64,000 nucleotides of DNA from positions 14,524-78,523 of the forward strand of contig JBDTOT010000019.1 of assembly GCA_039933105.1 (NCBI GenBank), given 5' to 3'. A program made the translations under genes and the position numbers. Below are positions 22,022 to 32,591 of this stretch, in pieces; within the stretch, counting starts at the first letter, position 1; each line of letters opens with the position of its first letter. Source of the stretch: Gammaproteobacteria bacterium (GTDB lineage Bacteria > Pseudomonadota > Gammaproteobacteria > Steroidobacterales > Rariloculaceae). The notes below the pieces were generated by a model that worked only from the letters and a program-made list of their open reading frames with translations, was not told where the DNA came from and did not search any database.

Positions 22022-23392
22022 ATGCCTTTGGTCCGGTCCCTTCGTGCGCGCGTCGTGCTGTGGGTGTGCGTAGCGCTGATTGCGTTGTTCGCTGCGACGA
22101 TCGTGGGTCTCGACGTGGCGTTTCGGAACACTGCGAATCTCGACCGGCGCGAGCTACTGGACGCGCGGGTGCTCGGCCTCATCGCTCTCGCCGAGCCGGG
22201 GCCGCCCGGAGAGCTGAGGCTGCCGACCGAGGCCATCGACCCGCGTTTCGAAGTGGCGAACAGCGGCCTGTATGGCGCCCTGTACGACCGCAACGGCCGC
22301 GCATTGTGGCAGTCGCTGTCGCTGCTCGGTCGCGATTTTCCAACCGACGAGCTCGCGGCCCCCGGTGAACGCCGGCACCTCATGCTCGACGTGCCCGGCT
22401 TCCCACCAATCGAAGCCCAGCTCATGGGTATCACGTGGGAATTCGCCGACGGCAAGACCGCCGCTTACACGTTCGCTATCGGTGTGTCGCTCGAACCTTA
22501 CAATGATCGGCAAGCAAGGTTTCGCAACTATTTGATCGGCTGGTTCCTCGGCGCGACTTTGACGATGCTGCTCGTGGTCAGCGGTCTCCTAACGTTCGTG
22601 CTGCGGCCGGTGCACCGGCTCGAACGGCAGGTGCGCGAGGTCGAAGCGGGCGATCGCGTAAAGCTCACCGGCAACTATCCCTCCGAACTCGTGGGGCTCG
22701 CCGACAATCTCAACATGCTCATCGATACCGAACGGCGCCGCCTCGTGCGTTACCGCAATACGCTCGACGACCTGGCGCATAGCCTGAAGACACCGCTCGC
22801 GGCGATGCACGCGCTGCTCGCGGAGCAGCGTTCGCAACCTGGCGAGGACCGCACAGAGGCGCTCAACCGTGAACTCGAGCGCATGGACCAGCGCGTGTCG
22901 TATCAGCTGCGCAGAGCGCGTGTGAGCGGCGCCAGCGGGCTCGGCACAGAGCCAGTGGCCGTAGCACCCATCGTCGAGGATCTGAAGCAGACGCTCGACA
23001 AGGTGTACCGCGACAAACGTGTTGTGTGTAGCGTGACCGTGGTGCCTGGCGCGTCGTTTCGCGGTGACCCCGGTGACCTGACGGAGATTCTCGGGAACCT
23101 CATGGACAACGCCTACAAGTACTGTGCAGGTCGTGTGCGCGTGAAGGCCGTGTCGACACGAGAGCGGCTCGTGATCACAGTGGCCGATGACGGCAAAGGC
23201 ATTGGCGACGAATTTGCGGCACAGCTGTTCCAGCGCGGCAAGCGCGCCGACGAGTCCGTACCGGGGCAGGGCATTGGCCTCGCCGTGGTGCGCGAGACCG
23301 TGGAGCTGTATCGCGGCGCGCTCAGCGTCGGCAAGTCCGATCTCGGCGGTGCGGAGCTGCGAGTCGAGCTGTCCCGCGCCGGCGTGCTATGA
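22022..23392 (+). CDS. sensor histidine kinase (PhoQ-like architecture)
   Basis: Two TM helices flank a periplasmic domain. H-box LDDLAHSLKTPLAA, N-box LGNLMDNAYKY, G-boxes DDGKGI and GQGIGLAVV. Confidence 0.9.
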   Translation: MPLVRSLRARVVLWVCVALIALFAATIVGLDVAFRNTANLDRRELLDARVLGLIALAEPGPPGELRLPTEAIDPRFEVANSGLYGALYDRNGRALWQSLSLLGRDFPTDELAAPGERRHLMLDVPGFPPIEAQLMGITWEFADGKTAAYTFAIGVSLEPYNDRQARFRNYLIGWFLGATLTMLLVVSGLLTFVLRPVHRLERQVREVEAGDRVKLTGNYPSELVGLADNLNMLIDTERRRLVRYRNTLDDLAHSLKTPLAAMHALLAEQRSQPGEDRTEALNRELERMDQRVSYQLRRARVSGASGLGTEPVAVAPIVEDLKQTLDKVYRDKRVVCSVTVVPGASFRGDPGDLTEILGNLMDNAYKYCAGRVRVKAVSTRERLVITVADDGKGIGDEFAAQLFQRGKRADESVPGQGIGLAVVRETVELYRGALSVGKSDLGGAELRVELSRAGVL

Positions 23393-26300
23393 GCGCAGCG
23401 GCAGCTGCGGCGCTTGCAGCGCGCCGAGCCGCGAAATACGTATTGAGCTACCCCGAAGCGCTGCCGATCTCGGCCATGCGCGACGAGTTGCTGGCGGCGA
23501 TTCGTGCACATCGCGTGGTCGTGGTGTGCGGGGATACCGGCAGCGGCAAGACCACGCAGCTGCCAAAGCTGCTGCTCGAGGCCGGGTGCGGCGTCGTACG
23601 TATGATCGGTCACACGCAACCGCGCCGCATCGCGGCGCAAGCCGCAGCCACGCGCCTTGCGGCCGAGCTCGAAGTGCCATTGGGCGAGAGCGTGGGGCTC
23701 ACGGTGCGCTTCACGGACCGCACCGGGCCGCGGACGCTCGTAAAGGTCATGACGGACGGCATCCTGCTGAACGAGATTCGTACGGATCGCAGACTCGATG
23801 CCTACGATGCGTTGATCATCGACGAAGCTCACGAACGCAGCCTGAACATAGATTTCATTCTCGGCTACGTACACAGCATCGCGCGGCAAAGGCCGGACCT
23901 CAAAATCATCATCACGTCGGCGACGATCGATCCGGAGCGATTCTCGAAACATTTCGATGACGCGCCGATCGTGCGCGTGGCGGGCCGCAGTTTCCCCGTC
24001 AGCGTGCGCTACCAGCCGCGCGCGGAGGACCAGGATCTCGCGGCTGCAGTGACGACCGCGGCACGCGAGCTCGCCGCAGAGCGCGTCGACGGGCCGGTGC
24101 GCGACATGCTCGTGTTCTTGCCGGGCGAGCGGTGGATCCACGATGCGGAGTACGCCCTTAGCCGTTACGGCCCGAAGGGCTACGAAGTGCTGCCGCTGTA
24201 CGCGCGGCTCACGAGCGCGCGTCAACGGCGGATTCTCGAGCCCGGCAAGGCGCCGCGCGTGGTGCTTGCAACCAACATCGCGGAAACGTCGTTGACGGTG
24301 CCGCGCATTCGCTACGTAATCGACTCGGGGCTCGCGCGCGTGAGTCGTTACGGCACGCGCCACCGGGTGCAGAGCCTTGGCGTGGAGCCGATCGCGCAGG
24401 CGAACGCAGTGCAACGCGCCGGCCGTTGCGGCCGCATAGCGCCGGGCGTGTGCGTGCGGCTGTACTCGGAGGAGGAATTCGCGGAACGCCCCGCGTACAC
24501 GGAACCCGAGATACTGCGCACGAGTCTCGCAGGCGTGCTGTTACGGCTCGAAGCGCTGCGCCTGGGGCCCGTGGACGAGTTCCCGTTCATCGATGCGCCG
24601 CCCGCCAAGGCAGTCAGTGACGCATACCAGCTGCTGCTTTTGCTCGGTGCGCTGGATGCGGAGCACAAGCTTACGGCGGACGGCGAGGTCATGGCGCGGC
24701 TCCCGGCCGACCCCCGCGTTGCCCGTCTGCTGGTGATTGCGAACCGCAACGGTGCGCTGCACGAGGGGCTCGTGATTGCTGCGGCGCTTTCGGTGATCGA
24801 TCCGCGTGAGTACGGTATCGATCCGGACGCCGCTCGCCGCAAGCACGAGGCGTTCGCCGACCGTCGCTCGGAGTTCACGAGTTACTTGAATCTCTGGAAT
24901 GCGTATCGACGCGAGCGACGCAACGGCGAGCGCTCGCTGCGCGCGTGGTGCCGCGACAATTACCTTTCCGCCGCACGGCTTCGCGAGTGGCACGATGTGC
25001 ACGGCCAGCTGCACGAGCTCGTGCAGGGCTTGGGCTGGCGAACGCGCCATCAGGCCGCCGACTACCGTGCCATCCATCAGGCCGTGCTGGCTGCGTTCAT
25101 CGACTTCATCGCCGAGCACGAGGAGGGCGTCGTGTATCGCGGGATGCGCGGCTCGCGGGCGCAGCTCACGGCGAACACGCCGCTCGCGAAGAAACGGCCT
25201 CGCTGGCTAGTGGCGGCAGAACGCGTGGCGACGGAGCGGCAATACCTGCGCACCGTCGCGCAGGTGAATCCGCGCTGGGCACTGCACGTGGCGCCGCACT
25301 TGGTTCGCTACGAGTATCACGATCCGATGTGGGACACCGAGCGCGGCCAAGTCACGGCGCGCGAGGTCGTGACGTTGTTCGGCTTGACGCTCGCGAGCGA
25401 GCGGCGCGTTGACTACGGCCGCGTCGAGCCGGCGGAGGCGCGCCGCCTGTTCATTACCGATGCGCTTGCGGCCGATCAGGTCGGATTTGGCGCCGATGAG
25501 CCGCCGTTTCTCGCTGCGAACCGGGCGCTCAAGCGCAGTGTGCTCGACTGGGAAGCACGGTTGCGCAAGCGCGATCTCTATGTCGGCGAGACAGGCATTG
25601 CGGCGTTCTACGACGAGCGCCTGCCACCCGAAGTGCACGACCGGGCAAGCCTCGTGGCGTGGTCTGCCGCGGGGAGCGAGGCGACATTGCGAATGACGGC
25701 CAGCGATATCGCGAGCCGCGAACTCGCCGAGCTGCCGGCCGAGCGCTACCCTCAGGAGCTCGAGCTCGCGGGGCAGCGCCTGCCCGTGACGTACGTCTTC
25801 GAGCCTGGTGCGGATCACGACGGCGTCACCGTGGGCGTGCCGAGGGCATTGCTCGGGGCAATTCGCTCCGAGCAGCTCGACTGGCTCGTGCCCGCGTGGT
25901 TGCCCGAGAAGATTCTGGCGCTATTGCGCGCATTGCCCAAGGAACAGCGCAGGCCACTAGTGCCGATGCCGGACACCGTGAACGCGGTCCTCGTAGCGCT
26001 CGCAGGCAGCGTCGGCCGACAGCCGTTGACCGTCGCTCTTTGCGAAGCGCTGCGCGAAACACGCGGCGTCCGGCTGACGCCCGCGGCGCTCGACGAGCGA
26101 GCTCTTGCGCCGCATCTCACGATGCGTGTCGACGTGCTCGACCCGGACGGAAGCGTGCGCACGGCGGGCCGTAATTTGCGCGCGCTGCAGCTCAAAGTGC
26201 GTGCCGCGGACGCGCCGGAGGCAGCGCCCGTGCGCGCGGCCGCGCCGGCGCAGTGGCAGCGTAGTGGCCTCACGCACTGGGATTTCGGCGACCTGCCGAC

Positions 26301-27150
26301 AACGGCGCTGGTGGCGCAACGGCCGCGTGATCTCGTGCTGTATCCCGCGCTCGTCGACGTCGACGGGCGAGTGGACATGAAGGTGCTGCCGCCCGGCCCC
26401 ACGGCCGTTGCGCACCACCGCGCAGGTGTGCGGCGGTTGCTCATGAAAGCGTTGCCGCAACAGGTGGCGCTAGTGCGCAATCGTATCCTCGCCGAACGCG
26501 AGCTTGTGCTGGGCTTCCACGGGATCGGCGCCACGGACGCTCTCGTCGACGACGTGTTGTGCGCTGCAGCCGAGCAGGCATTCACGCTCGATCCGCCGAT
26601 TCGCACGCAGGACGCCTTCGATATCGCGCTGCTCAGCGGACGCAGCGAGATCGTGACGGCGGCGGATGAGTTGCGCGCGTTGCTGACGCAGATCCTGCCG
26701 CTGCATCGCAGCCTCAAGCGTGATCTCGACGCCGCGGATGCGCGTTCCGACGCCGTGCGCACCGACATCGCGGCGCAGCTCGACGCGCTCATCCGCCCCG
26801 GGTTCCTCGCGGCGACTCCGGCGGAGTGGCGTCGTCATCTACCCCGCTATTTGGCCGCCGCGCAGCAGCGTTGGGATAAACGCGGCCAGCGCCAGGAGCG
26901 CGAGCTTGCGGCGCAGGTCCACGTGGCCGCTACCCGGCTCGAGCATTGGCGTTCGAGTGTGCCCGAAGCTTGGCCGTGGCCAAACGCGATGATCGAGTAT
27001 CGATGGCTCATCGAGGAACTGCGCGTGTCCTTGTTCGCACAAACGCTCGGCACCGAGCGGCCGGTATCGACGAAACGTCTCGAGCAGGTTTGGCGGCGCG
27101 CCGTTGCGGGCGACGACGCCCGCGGCGACGAAGCGGTCGGGCGGCGGTGA
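23389..27150 (+). CDS. hrpA: ATP-dependent RNA helicase HrpA (DEAH box)
   Basis: 1253 aa. Motifs GDTGSGKTTQLP, IIDEAHERS, TNIAETSLT, QRAGRCGR. The ATG overlaps the kinase stop (ATGA). Confidence 0.94.
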   Translation: MSAAAAAALAARRAAKYVLSYPEALPISAMRDELLAAIRAHRVVVVCGDTGSGKTTQLPKLLLEAGCGVVRMIGHTQPRRIAAQAAATRLAAELEVPLGESVGLTVRFTDRTGPRTLVKVMTDGILLNEIRTDRRLDAYDALIIDEAHERSLNIDFILGYVHSIARQRPDLKIIITSATIDPERFSKHFDDAPIVRVAGRSFPVSVRYQPRAEDQDLAAAVTTAARELAAERVDGPVRDMLVFLPGERWIHDAEYALSRYGPKGYEVLPLYARLTSARQRRILEPGKAPRVVLATNIAETSLTVPRIRYVIDSGLARVSRYGTRHRVQSLGVEPIAQANAVQRAGRCGRIAPGVCVRLYSEEEFAERPAYTEPEILRTSLAGVLLRLEALRLGPVDEFPFIDAPPAKAVSDAYQLLLLLGALDAEHKLTADGEVMARLPADPRVARLLVIANRNGALHEGLVIAAALSVIDPREYGIDPDAARRKHEAFADRRSEFTSYLNLWNAYRRERRNGERSLRAWCRDNYLSAARLREWHDVHGQLHELVQGLGWRTRHQAADYRAIHQAVLAAFIDFIAEHEEGVVYRGMRGSRAQLTANTPLAKKRPRWLVAAERVATERQYLRTVAQVNPRWALHVAPHLVRYEYHDPMWDTERGQVTAREVVTLFGLTLASERRVDYGRVEPAEARRLFITDALAADQVGFGADEPPFLAANRALKRSVLDWEARLRKRDLYVGETGIAAFYDERLPPEVHDRASLVAWSAAGSEATLRMTASDIASRELAELPAERYPQELELAGQRLPVTYVFEPGADHDGVTVGVPRALLGAIRSEQLDWLVPAWLPEKILALLRALPKEQRRPLVPMPDTVNAVLVALAGSVGRQPLTVALCEALRETRGVRLTPAALDERALAPHLTMRVDVLDPDGSVRTAGRNLRALQLKVRAADAPEAAPVRAAAPAQWQRSGLTHWDFGDLPTTALVAQRPRDLVLYPALVDVDGRVDMKVLPPGPTAVAHHRAGVRRLLMKALPQQVALVRNRILAERELVLGFHGIGATDALVDDVLCAAAEQAFTLDPPIRTQDAFDIALLSGRSEIVTAADELRALLTQILPLHRSLKRDLDAADARSDAVRTDIAAQLDALIRPGFLAATPAEWRRHLPRYLAAAQQRWDKRGQRQERELAAQVHVAATRLEHWRSSVPEAWPWPNAMIEYRWLIEELRVSLFAQTLGTERPVSTKRLEQVWRRAVAGDDARGDEAVGRR

Positions 27151-27156
27151 GCGCGG

Positions 27157-27576
27157 TCACGGCGGTAGCGCATAACGGCGCACGGCGCGCTCCGTGATCA
27201 CGAGCAACACGAGTGCGCCCACTCCGGCACACGCGATACGCAACGGCGTCGGGAGCGGGGCAACGGGTGGTGCGGCGTCGAGCAGCCGCCACGAGCCCAC
27301 GGTTGTGATTGCGAGCCCGGCCAGCGCGGCGGCGCCAAACGTCGGCCGCAGGAACTCGAGGTTCAACAGAAGCACGCCAAGCACGAACAGCGCGAGCCCT
27401 GGCGCGTCGGGCGGCACGTGCAAGTAGCCGAGCCCTGCGAGCACGGCGGCGGTGGCGCCGGCGAATGCGATGACGAAGCGCGGCGCGTACGCGGCGTATA
27501 CCAAGCCGCCGATCGCAATCACGAGCCACGCGTACGCCGCGGCCGGTGGGCTCACGATTGCGATCGCGAACGGCAT
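27157..27576 (-). CDS. hypothetical integral membrane protein
   Basis: 139 aa with four hydrophobic segments. No motif recognised. Confidence 0.5.
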   Translation of the reverse strand: MPFAIAIVSPPAAAYAWLVIAIGGLVYAAYAPRFVIAFAGATAAVLAGLGYLHVPPDAPGLALFVLGVLLLNLEFLRPTFGAAALAGLAITTVGSWRLLDAAPPVAPLPTPLRIACAGVGALVLLVITERAVRRYALPP

Positions 27577-27669
27577 GCTGGGCTCCGACTCTTCACAACG
27601 ACATCTGCACGCTAGCCGTTGCAGATGTAGCGGCGCGAGCGCAATTTCGGCCTGATTCGCGGGGTTTCT

Positions 27670-27699
27670 TTGGCTGGGCCCCGAGCCGGCGGGTATAGT
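27670..27699 (+). promoter_or_regulatory. candidate sigma70 promoter for the DAHP synthase gene
   Basis: TTGGCT (27670), an 18-nt spacer, then TATAGT (27694), about 27 nt upstream of ATG 27726. Pattern match only. Confidence 0.3.
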
Positions 27700-27725
27700 G
27701 ACGCTCGAAGCAAATCGAGCCAGCT

Positions 27726-29084
27726 ATGACTCAAGCACGCATTCCAACCGACTGGCACCCGGCGAGCTGGCAGAGCCGGCTCGCAGCGCAGCAGCCGACG
27801 TATCGCGACCGCGTCCACCTCGAGACCGTGCTCGCGCAGCTGTCGCAGCTACCGCCGCTCGTGACGACCTGGGAAGTCGAGAATCTGAAGTCGAAGCTCG
27901 CGGCAGCGCAGCGTGGCGAGTCATTTCTTCTGCAGGGCGGAGACTGCGCCGAGAACTTCGAGGAGACCACTTCCGACAACGTGGTGCAGAAGCTCAAGAT
28001 CCTGCTCCAGATGTCGCTCGTGATGCTGGTCGGTTTGAAGAAGCCGATCATCCGCGTCGGCCGCATGGCCGGGCAGTACGCGAAGCCGCGCAGCGCGGAT
28101 TACGAGACCAAAGATGGCGTGTCGCTGCCGAGCTATCGTGGCGACATCATCAATCGGCCTGCGTTCACCGTGGCCGATCGCGAGCCCGATCCCACGTTGA
28201 TGCTGCGCGGGTACGAACGGGCGGCGCTCACGCTGAACTTCGTGCGTTCGCTGATCGACGGCGGATTCGCCGATCTGCATCACCCGGAGAACTGGGACCT
28301 CGCGTTCGTCGGCGAGTCCACGGCTGCCGCTGAATATCACGCGCTCGTGCAGTCGGTGTCGGATTCGCTCGGATTTTTCGAAGCGATCACCGGCGAGCCC
28401 CTGCACAGCACGCATCGCGTCGAGTTCTACACCTCGCACGAGGGGCTGCATCTTCCGTACGAGCAGGCGCAGACGCGATTCCTGAAACATCGCGGTCACT
28501 GGTACAACCTGACGACACACTTTCCCTGGATAGGCATGCGTACCGCTGACCTTGCGGGCGCGCACATCGAATACTTCCGCGGCATTGCGAACCCGATGGG
28601 CGTGAAGATCGGCACGAGCGTCAGCGACGAGCAGCTGCAGCAGCTCGTGCACGTGCTGAACCCGAACAACGAGCCGGGGCGGCTGACGTTCATCACGCGT
28701 TTCGGTGCGAAGCAGATCGAGGCGCATTTGCCGCGCGTGATCAAGGCCGTGCGCGCGACGGGCGGGAGCGTGTTGTGGGTGTGCGATCCGATGCACGGCA
28801 ACACCGAGACCACGGCGGACGGCTACAAGACGCGGCGCTTCGACAACATTCGCGCCGAGCTGCGGTCGGCGTTTCGGATTCATCAGGAGCAGGGCAGCGT
28901 TCTCGGCGGCGTGCACCTCGAGCTCACCGGCGAGAACGTGACCGAATGCATCGGTGGTGCGCGCGGTCTCAAAGAGTCCGACCTTGCGCGGGCTTACAAG
29001 TCGCAAGTGGATCCGCGCCTGAACTACGAACAGGCCATGGAGATCGCGATGCTGATCGCGGGCCGGCTCCACACACACGACTGA
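27726..29084 (+). CDS. class II 3-deoxy-7-phosphoheptulonate (DAHP) synthase
   Basis: 452 aa. The N-terminus W-x-S-x-x-A-x-QQPTY, RMAGQYAKPRS and CDPMHGNT are characteristic of the plant-like class II enzyme. Confidence 0.92.
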   Translation: MTQARIPTDWHPASWQSRLAAQQPTYRDRVHLETVLAQLSQLPPLVTTWEVENLKSKLAAAQRGESFLLQGGDCAENFEETTSDNVVQKLKILLQMSLVMLVGLKKPIIRVGRMAGQYAKPRSADYETKDGVSLPSYRGDIINRPAFTVADREPDPTLMLRGYERAALTLNFVRSLIDGGFADLHHPENWDLAFVGESTAAAEYHALVQSVSDSLGFFEAITGEPLHSTHRVEFYTSHEGLHLPYEQAQTRFLKHRGHWYNLTTHFPWIGMRTADLAGAHIEYFRGIANPMGVKIGTSVSDEQLQQLVHVLNPNNEPGRLTFITRFGAKQIEAHLPRVIKAVRATGGSVLWVCDPMHGNTETTADGYKTRRFDNIRAELRSAFRIHQEQGSVLGGVHLELTGENVTECIGGARGLKESDLARAYKSQVDPRLNYEQAMEIAMLIAGRLHTHD

Positions 29085-29091
29085 CACCGCC

Positions 29092-30957
29092 GTGAGCGCT
29101 ACCGCGACAGAACCGGCGGAGCCTGACGCCGGCGCCACGCCCACCTCATTCGATCCGTCGACCGTGCTCGCGCATTTGACGCACAAGCCGGGCGTCTACC
29201 GCATGCTCGATGCGCGCGGCGAGGTCATCTATGTCGGGAAGGCGCGGGACCTTAAGCGGCGCGTGACGAGCTATTTCCAGGGCAGCCGCGCGCACGACGC
29301 AAAGACCATTGCGATGGTGCGCACCATCGCCGGTATCGAGGTCACCGTCACGCGCACGGAAGTCGAAGCGCTGATGCTCGAGTACAACCTCATCAAGCAG
29401 CATCGCCCCCGCTTCAACGTGGTGCTGCGGGACGACAAGAGCTATCCGTACATCCGGCTCGACACGGACCACAAGTACCCGCGGTTGGCTTTCTATCGCG
29501 GGCCGCGCACCTCGAAGGCACAGTTGTTCGGCCCGTATCCGAACGCAGGCGCCGTGCGCGAGACGCTGAATCAGCTCCAGAAGCTCTTCCAGTTACGCCA
29601 GTGCGAAGACAGCTTCTTCGAAAATCGTAGCCGGCCATGCCTCCAGTACCAGATCGAACGGTGTAGCGGGCCGTGCGTCGGCCTGATTAGCCCCGAGGAC
29701 TATGCACGGGATCTCGAGCATGCCGTGCTGTTTTTGCAGGGCCGCAGCGACGTCGTCACCACACGGCTTGCCGAGCGCATGGAGCAGGCCGCGACGCAAC
29801 TGAAATTCGAGCGTGCCGCGCAATACCGCGATCAGCTCGCCAAGCTGAAGAACGTGCAGTCGCAGCAGATCGTGGCGCGGGCAGCCGGCGATTTCGATGC
29901 CGTGGGGCTTGCCGAAGACCACGGCATCCATTGCGTGGCCGTGATGTTTTTTCGTGGCGGCCGGTCTCTAGGCAGCCGCAATTTCTTTCCGAAAATCGGC
30001 CGCGGTGCCGATGAGGACGAGATCATCCGCGCGTTTCTGTTGCAGTACTACGCCGGTCGCGAAGCACCGAAGGAGATCCTTGCGAGCCGTGCGGTGCCGG
30101 AGGCCGCCACGCTCGGCGAGCTGCTCACGGAACAGTCGGGCCACAAGGTCGCGATCAAGTCGAATGTGCGCGGCGATCGCGCGCGTTGGGTCGAGATGGC
30201 GGTGACGAACGCGCGCCACGGCGCGGAGCTGCGCTACCAATCGAGCGCGTCGTACGACCGGCAGTTCGAGGCGCTCGCGGATGCGCTCGATCTCGGCGAG
30301 CCGCCGGCGCGCCTCGAGTGCTTCGACGTGAGCCACACGGGCGGCGAAGCGACGGTCGCGTCGTGCGTGGTGTTCGGGCCTGACGGGCCCCTGAAGTCCG
30401 ACTACAGACGCTTCAACGTCACCGGCGTGACACCGGGCGACGACTACGGCGCAATGGAGCAGGTGCTGCGGCGCCGTTACGCACGCGTGAAGCAGGGCGA
30501 GGTGCCGTTACCCGATGTGCTGTTCGTCGACGGTGGCCCGGGTCAGCTCGCCCAGGCCGTCAAAGTCTTGGACGATCTGCAGATCCAGGGGTTGAAGATC
30601 GTGGGGGTGGCGAAGGGTCTGGACCGCAAGCCGGGGCGGGAAAGCCTGTATCTGGCCGGTCTTGCGGAGCCGTTGCGTTTGCCTCCGAGCTCGCCGGCAT
30701 TACACTTGATCCAGCAGCTGCGTGACGAAGCTCATCGATTCGCGATTACGGGGCATCGCGCGCGGCGGGCCAAGGCACGCACGCAGTCACCGCTCGAGAA
30801 CATTCCGGGGTTGGGGCCGAAGAAACGGCGCGAGCTCCTGAAGCAGTTCGGCGGGCTGCAGGCCGTCACGCGAGCGGGCGTCGACGACCTCACGCGGGTG
30901 AAAGGGATTTCGGCGCAACTCGCCGCGGCAATTTATGAGCACTTCCATGCGGACTGA
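29092..30957 (+). CDS. uvrC: excinuclease ABC subunit C
   Basis: GIY-YIG module (GVYRMLDARGEVIYVGKA...YNLIKQHRPRFN), a UVR domain (FERAAQYRDQL) and a C-terminal HhH region (IPGLGPKKRRELLKQFG). Confidence 0.95.
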   Translation: MSATATEPAEPDAGATPTSFDPSTVLAHLTHKPGVYRMLDARGEVIYVGKARDLKRRVTSYFQGSRAHDAKTIAMVRTIAGIEVTVTRTEVEALMLEYNLIKQHRPRFNVVLRDDKSYPYIRLDTDHKYPRLAFYRGPRTSKAQLFGPYPNAGAVRETLNQLQKLFQLRQCEDSFFENRSRPCLQYQIERCSGPCVGLISPEDYARDLEHAVLFLQGRSDVVTTRLAERMEQAATQLKFERAAQYRDQLAKLKNVQSQQIVARAAGDFDAVGLAEDHGIHCVAVMFFRGGRSLGSRNFFPKIGRGADEDEIIRAFLLQYYAGREAPKEILASRAVPEAATLGELLTEQSGHKVAIKSNVRGDRARWVEMAVTNARHGAELRYQSSASYDRQFEALADALDLGEPPARLECFDVSHTGGEATVASCVVFGPDGPLKSDYRRFNVTGVTPGDDYGAMEQVLRRRYARVKQGEVPLPDVLFVDGGPGQLAQAVKVLDDLQIQGLKIVGVAKGLDRKPGRESLYLAGLAEPLRLPPSSPALHLIQQLRDEAHRFAITGHRARRAKARTQSPLENIPGLGPKKRRELLKQFGGLQAVTRAGVDDLTRVKGISAQLAAAIYEHFHAD

Positions 30958-30969
30958 GGGCTGACGCCG

Positions 30970-31530
30970 ATGCGATTCAATGTGCCCATCGCGCTCACCT
31001 GGTTCCGGATCGTCGCGATTCCAATGGTCTTGGTCGTGTTCTATTGGCCGGCGCCGTGGGCGCGGCCGGCCGCCGGGCTCCTGTTCGGGCTCGCCGGCAT
31101 TACGGACTATTTGGATGGTTACCTGGCGCGCCGGCTCAAGCAGACCTCGAATTTCGGCGCGTTCTTGGACCCCGTCGCGGACAAGCTGATCGTGGCTACG
31201 GCGCTCGTGCTGCTCGTCGAGGCCGATCCGCGCCCGGTAGTCGCGATTGCAGCGGCCATCATCATCGGGCGCGAGATCACCGTGTCGGCGCTGCGCGAGT
31301 GGATGTCCCAGATCGGCGCACGGTCGCACGTGGCGGTAAGCTGGTTCGGCAAATGGAAGACCGCGTTCCAGATCGTCGGTATTGGCCTCATGCTCTACCG
31401 GGACCCATTCCTCGGCCAGTCCACGTATGACGTCGGCGAGTGGCTCTTGTACGCGGCCGTGGCGCTCACGCTGTGGTCGATGATGGATTACCTGCGGGCC
31501 GCGGGGCCCGCCATGCGAGCCGACGATTAG
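30970..31530 (+). CDS. pgsA: CDP-diacylglycerol--glycerol-3-phosphate 3-phosphatidyltransferase
   Basis: CDP-alcohol phosphatidyltransferase motif DYLDGYLARRLKQTSNFGAFLDPVADK. uvrC-pgsA-tRNA-Gly order matches enterobacteria. Confidence 0.93.
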   Translation: MRFNVPIALTWFRIVAIPMVLVVFYWPAPWARPAAGLLFGLAGITDYLDGYLARRLKQTSNFGAFLDPVADKLIVATALVLLVEADPRPVVAIAAAIIIGREITVSALREWMSQIGARSHVAVSWFGKWKTAFQIVGIGLMLYRDPFLGQSTYDVGEWLLYAAVALTLWSMMDYLRAAGPAMRADD

Positions 31531-31586
31531 TGTGATCGTTGCCGTTGCTGCTTGGTAGGCCGCTTCGGTAGAATGCCGGCTCTTAC

Positions 31587-31662
<76 letters not shown>

Positions 31663-31679
31663 ATTTCAACGCATACCCT

Positions 31680-31711
31680 AGCGGTCCCGGCCGATAACGG
31701 CCTGGACCGCT
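31680..31711. other. GC-rich stem-loop between convergent tRNA-Gly and the 31728..32372 gene
   Basis: AGCGGTCC c GGCC gataac GGCC t GGACCGCT (8 bp plus 4 bp). No U-tract on either strand, so a terminator function is only a guess. Confidence 0.35.
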
Positions 31712-31727
31712 GGTGTCCTGCGTTTGG

Positions 31728-32372
31728 CTAGTGGCTGGCCCAATAGGGCTTTGGCAGCAGCTTGACGCTCGTCAGTAGCGTTGGCGTGCCGCTGGCGGTC
31801 TTCAAACTCACGGTGTGGGCGGTCGTGTCGATTGCGACCTCGCCCGCCAGCGACAACGTGCCGGTGCCAGCGCCTTTGGCGTCGAGCTTGAGCTCGATCA
31901 CGCCGTAAGCCAGCGGTGGCGCGCTGGTTCCGCTCGTGAGCGTCCACGGCTTGAAACTGAAGGCGTCCAGGGGTTTGCTCGTAACCAACACGATGTGCTG
32001 CGTGCCGTCCGCGTCCATCACGCGGTGCGCGTACTTGATCGAGTGACCCACCGCGCTGCCGCTCTGCCACACGGCGCCGACGCTTGGGAGCTTGTCGAGC
32101 GCCTTGCCGATCTCGTTCTCTTCGCCAAGAGTGGCGACGACGGCCTCGCGCCCCTCGGCGTCGGACCAATTCACGATCTCGATTTTTAGCGTGATGCCCG
32201 TCGCCGAGACGCCGCTCAAAGTGGCCTCGTAAGTATCGGGGGCGGGCCTTTCGGCGAAAGCGGCGGAGGCAAGCAACAACGCAGCGGAGAGCGTTCCAGT
32301 CAGCCGTCGCAGTCGGCGGGGCAGGCGCGCTGCACGCGCCCGAGAATCTGGTAGTGAATGCAGATCGGTCAC
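31728..32372 (-). CDS. exported hypothetical protein
   Basis: Arg-rich n-region and hydrophobic core (RRLRRLTGTLSAALLLASAAFA), followed by beta-rich composition. Preferred over the overlapping Arg-rich ORF 31678..32445. Confidence 0.55.
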   Translation of the reverse strand: MTDLHSLPDSRARAARLPRRLRRLTGTLSAALLLASAAFAERPAPDTYEATLSGVSATGITLKIEIVNWSDAEGREAVVATLGEENEIGKALDKLPSVGAVWQSGSAVGHSIKYAHRVMDADGTQHIVLVTSKPLDAFSFKPWTLTSGTSAPPLAYGVIELKLDAKGAGTGTLSLAGEVAIDTTAHTVSLKTASGTPTLLTSVKLLPKPYWASH

Positions 32373-32591
32373 GTCGATACTCCCTAGTTCGGGCCCCAGG
32401 ACGGGCTCGTGCGCAAAAACTAGGATGGTCCCGCGCGACTTTCAAGAGTGCGTGTCCAACATGAACGGATTGTCATCTTCAGCGGGCCTCTGTCTTGGCT
32501 GCTGCCGTTCTTTCGTCGGCGCGCCGCAAAGCCGGAGCAAAGCGCCGACACCGCGCAAGTAATGTGTCGGCACTCCATCTGTGCAGCTCCC

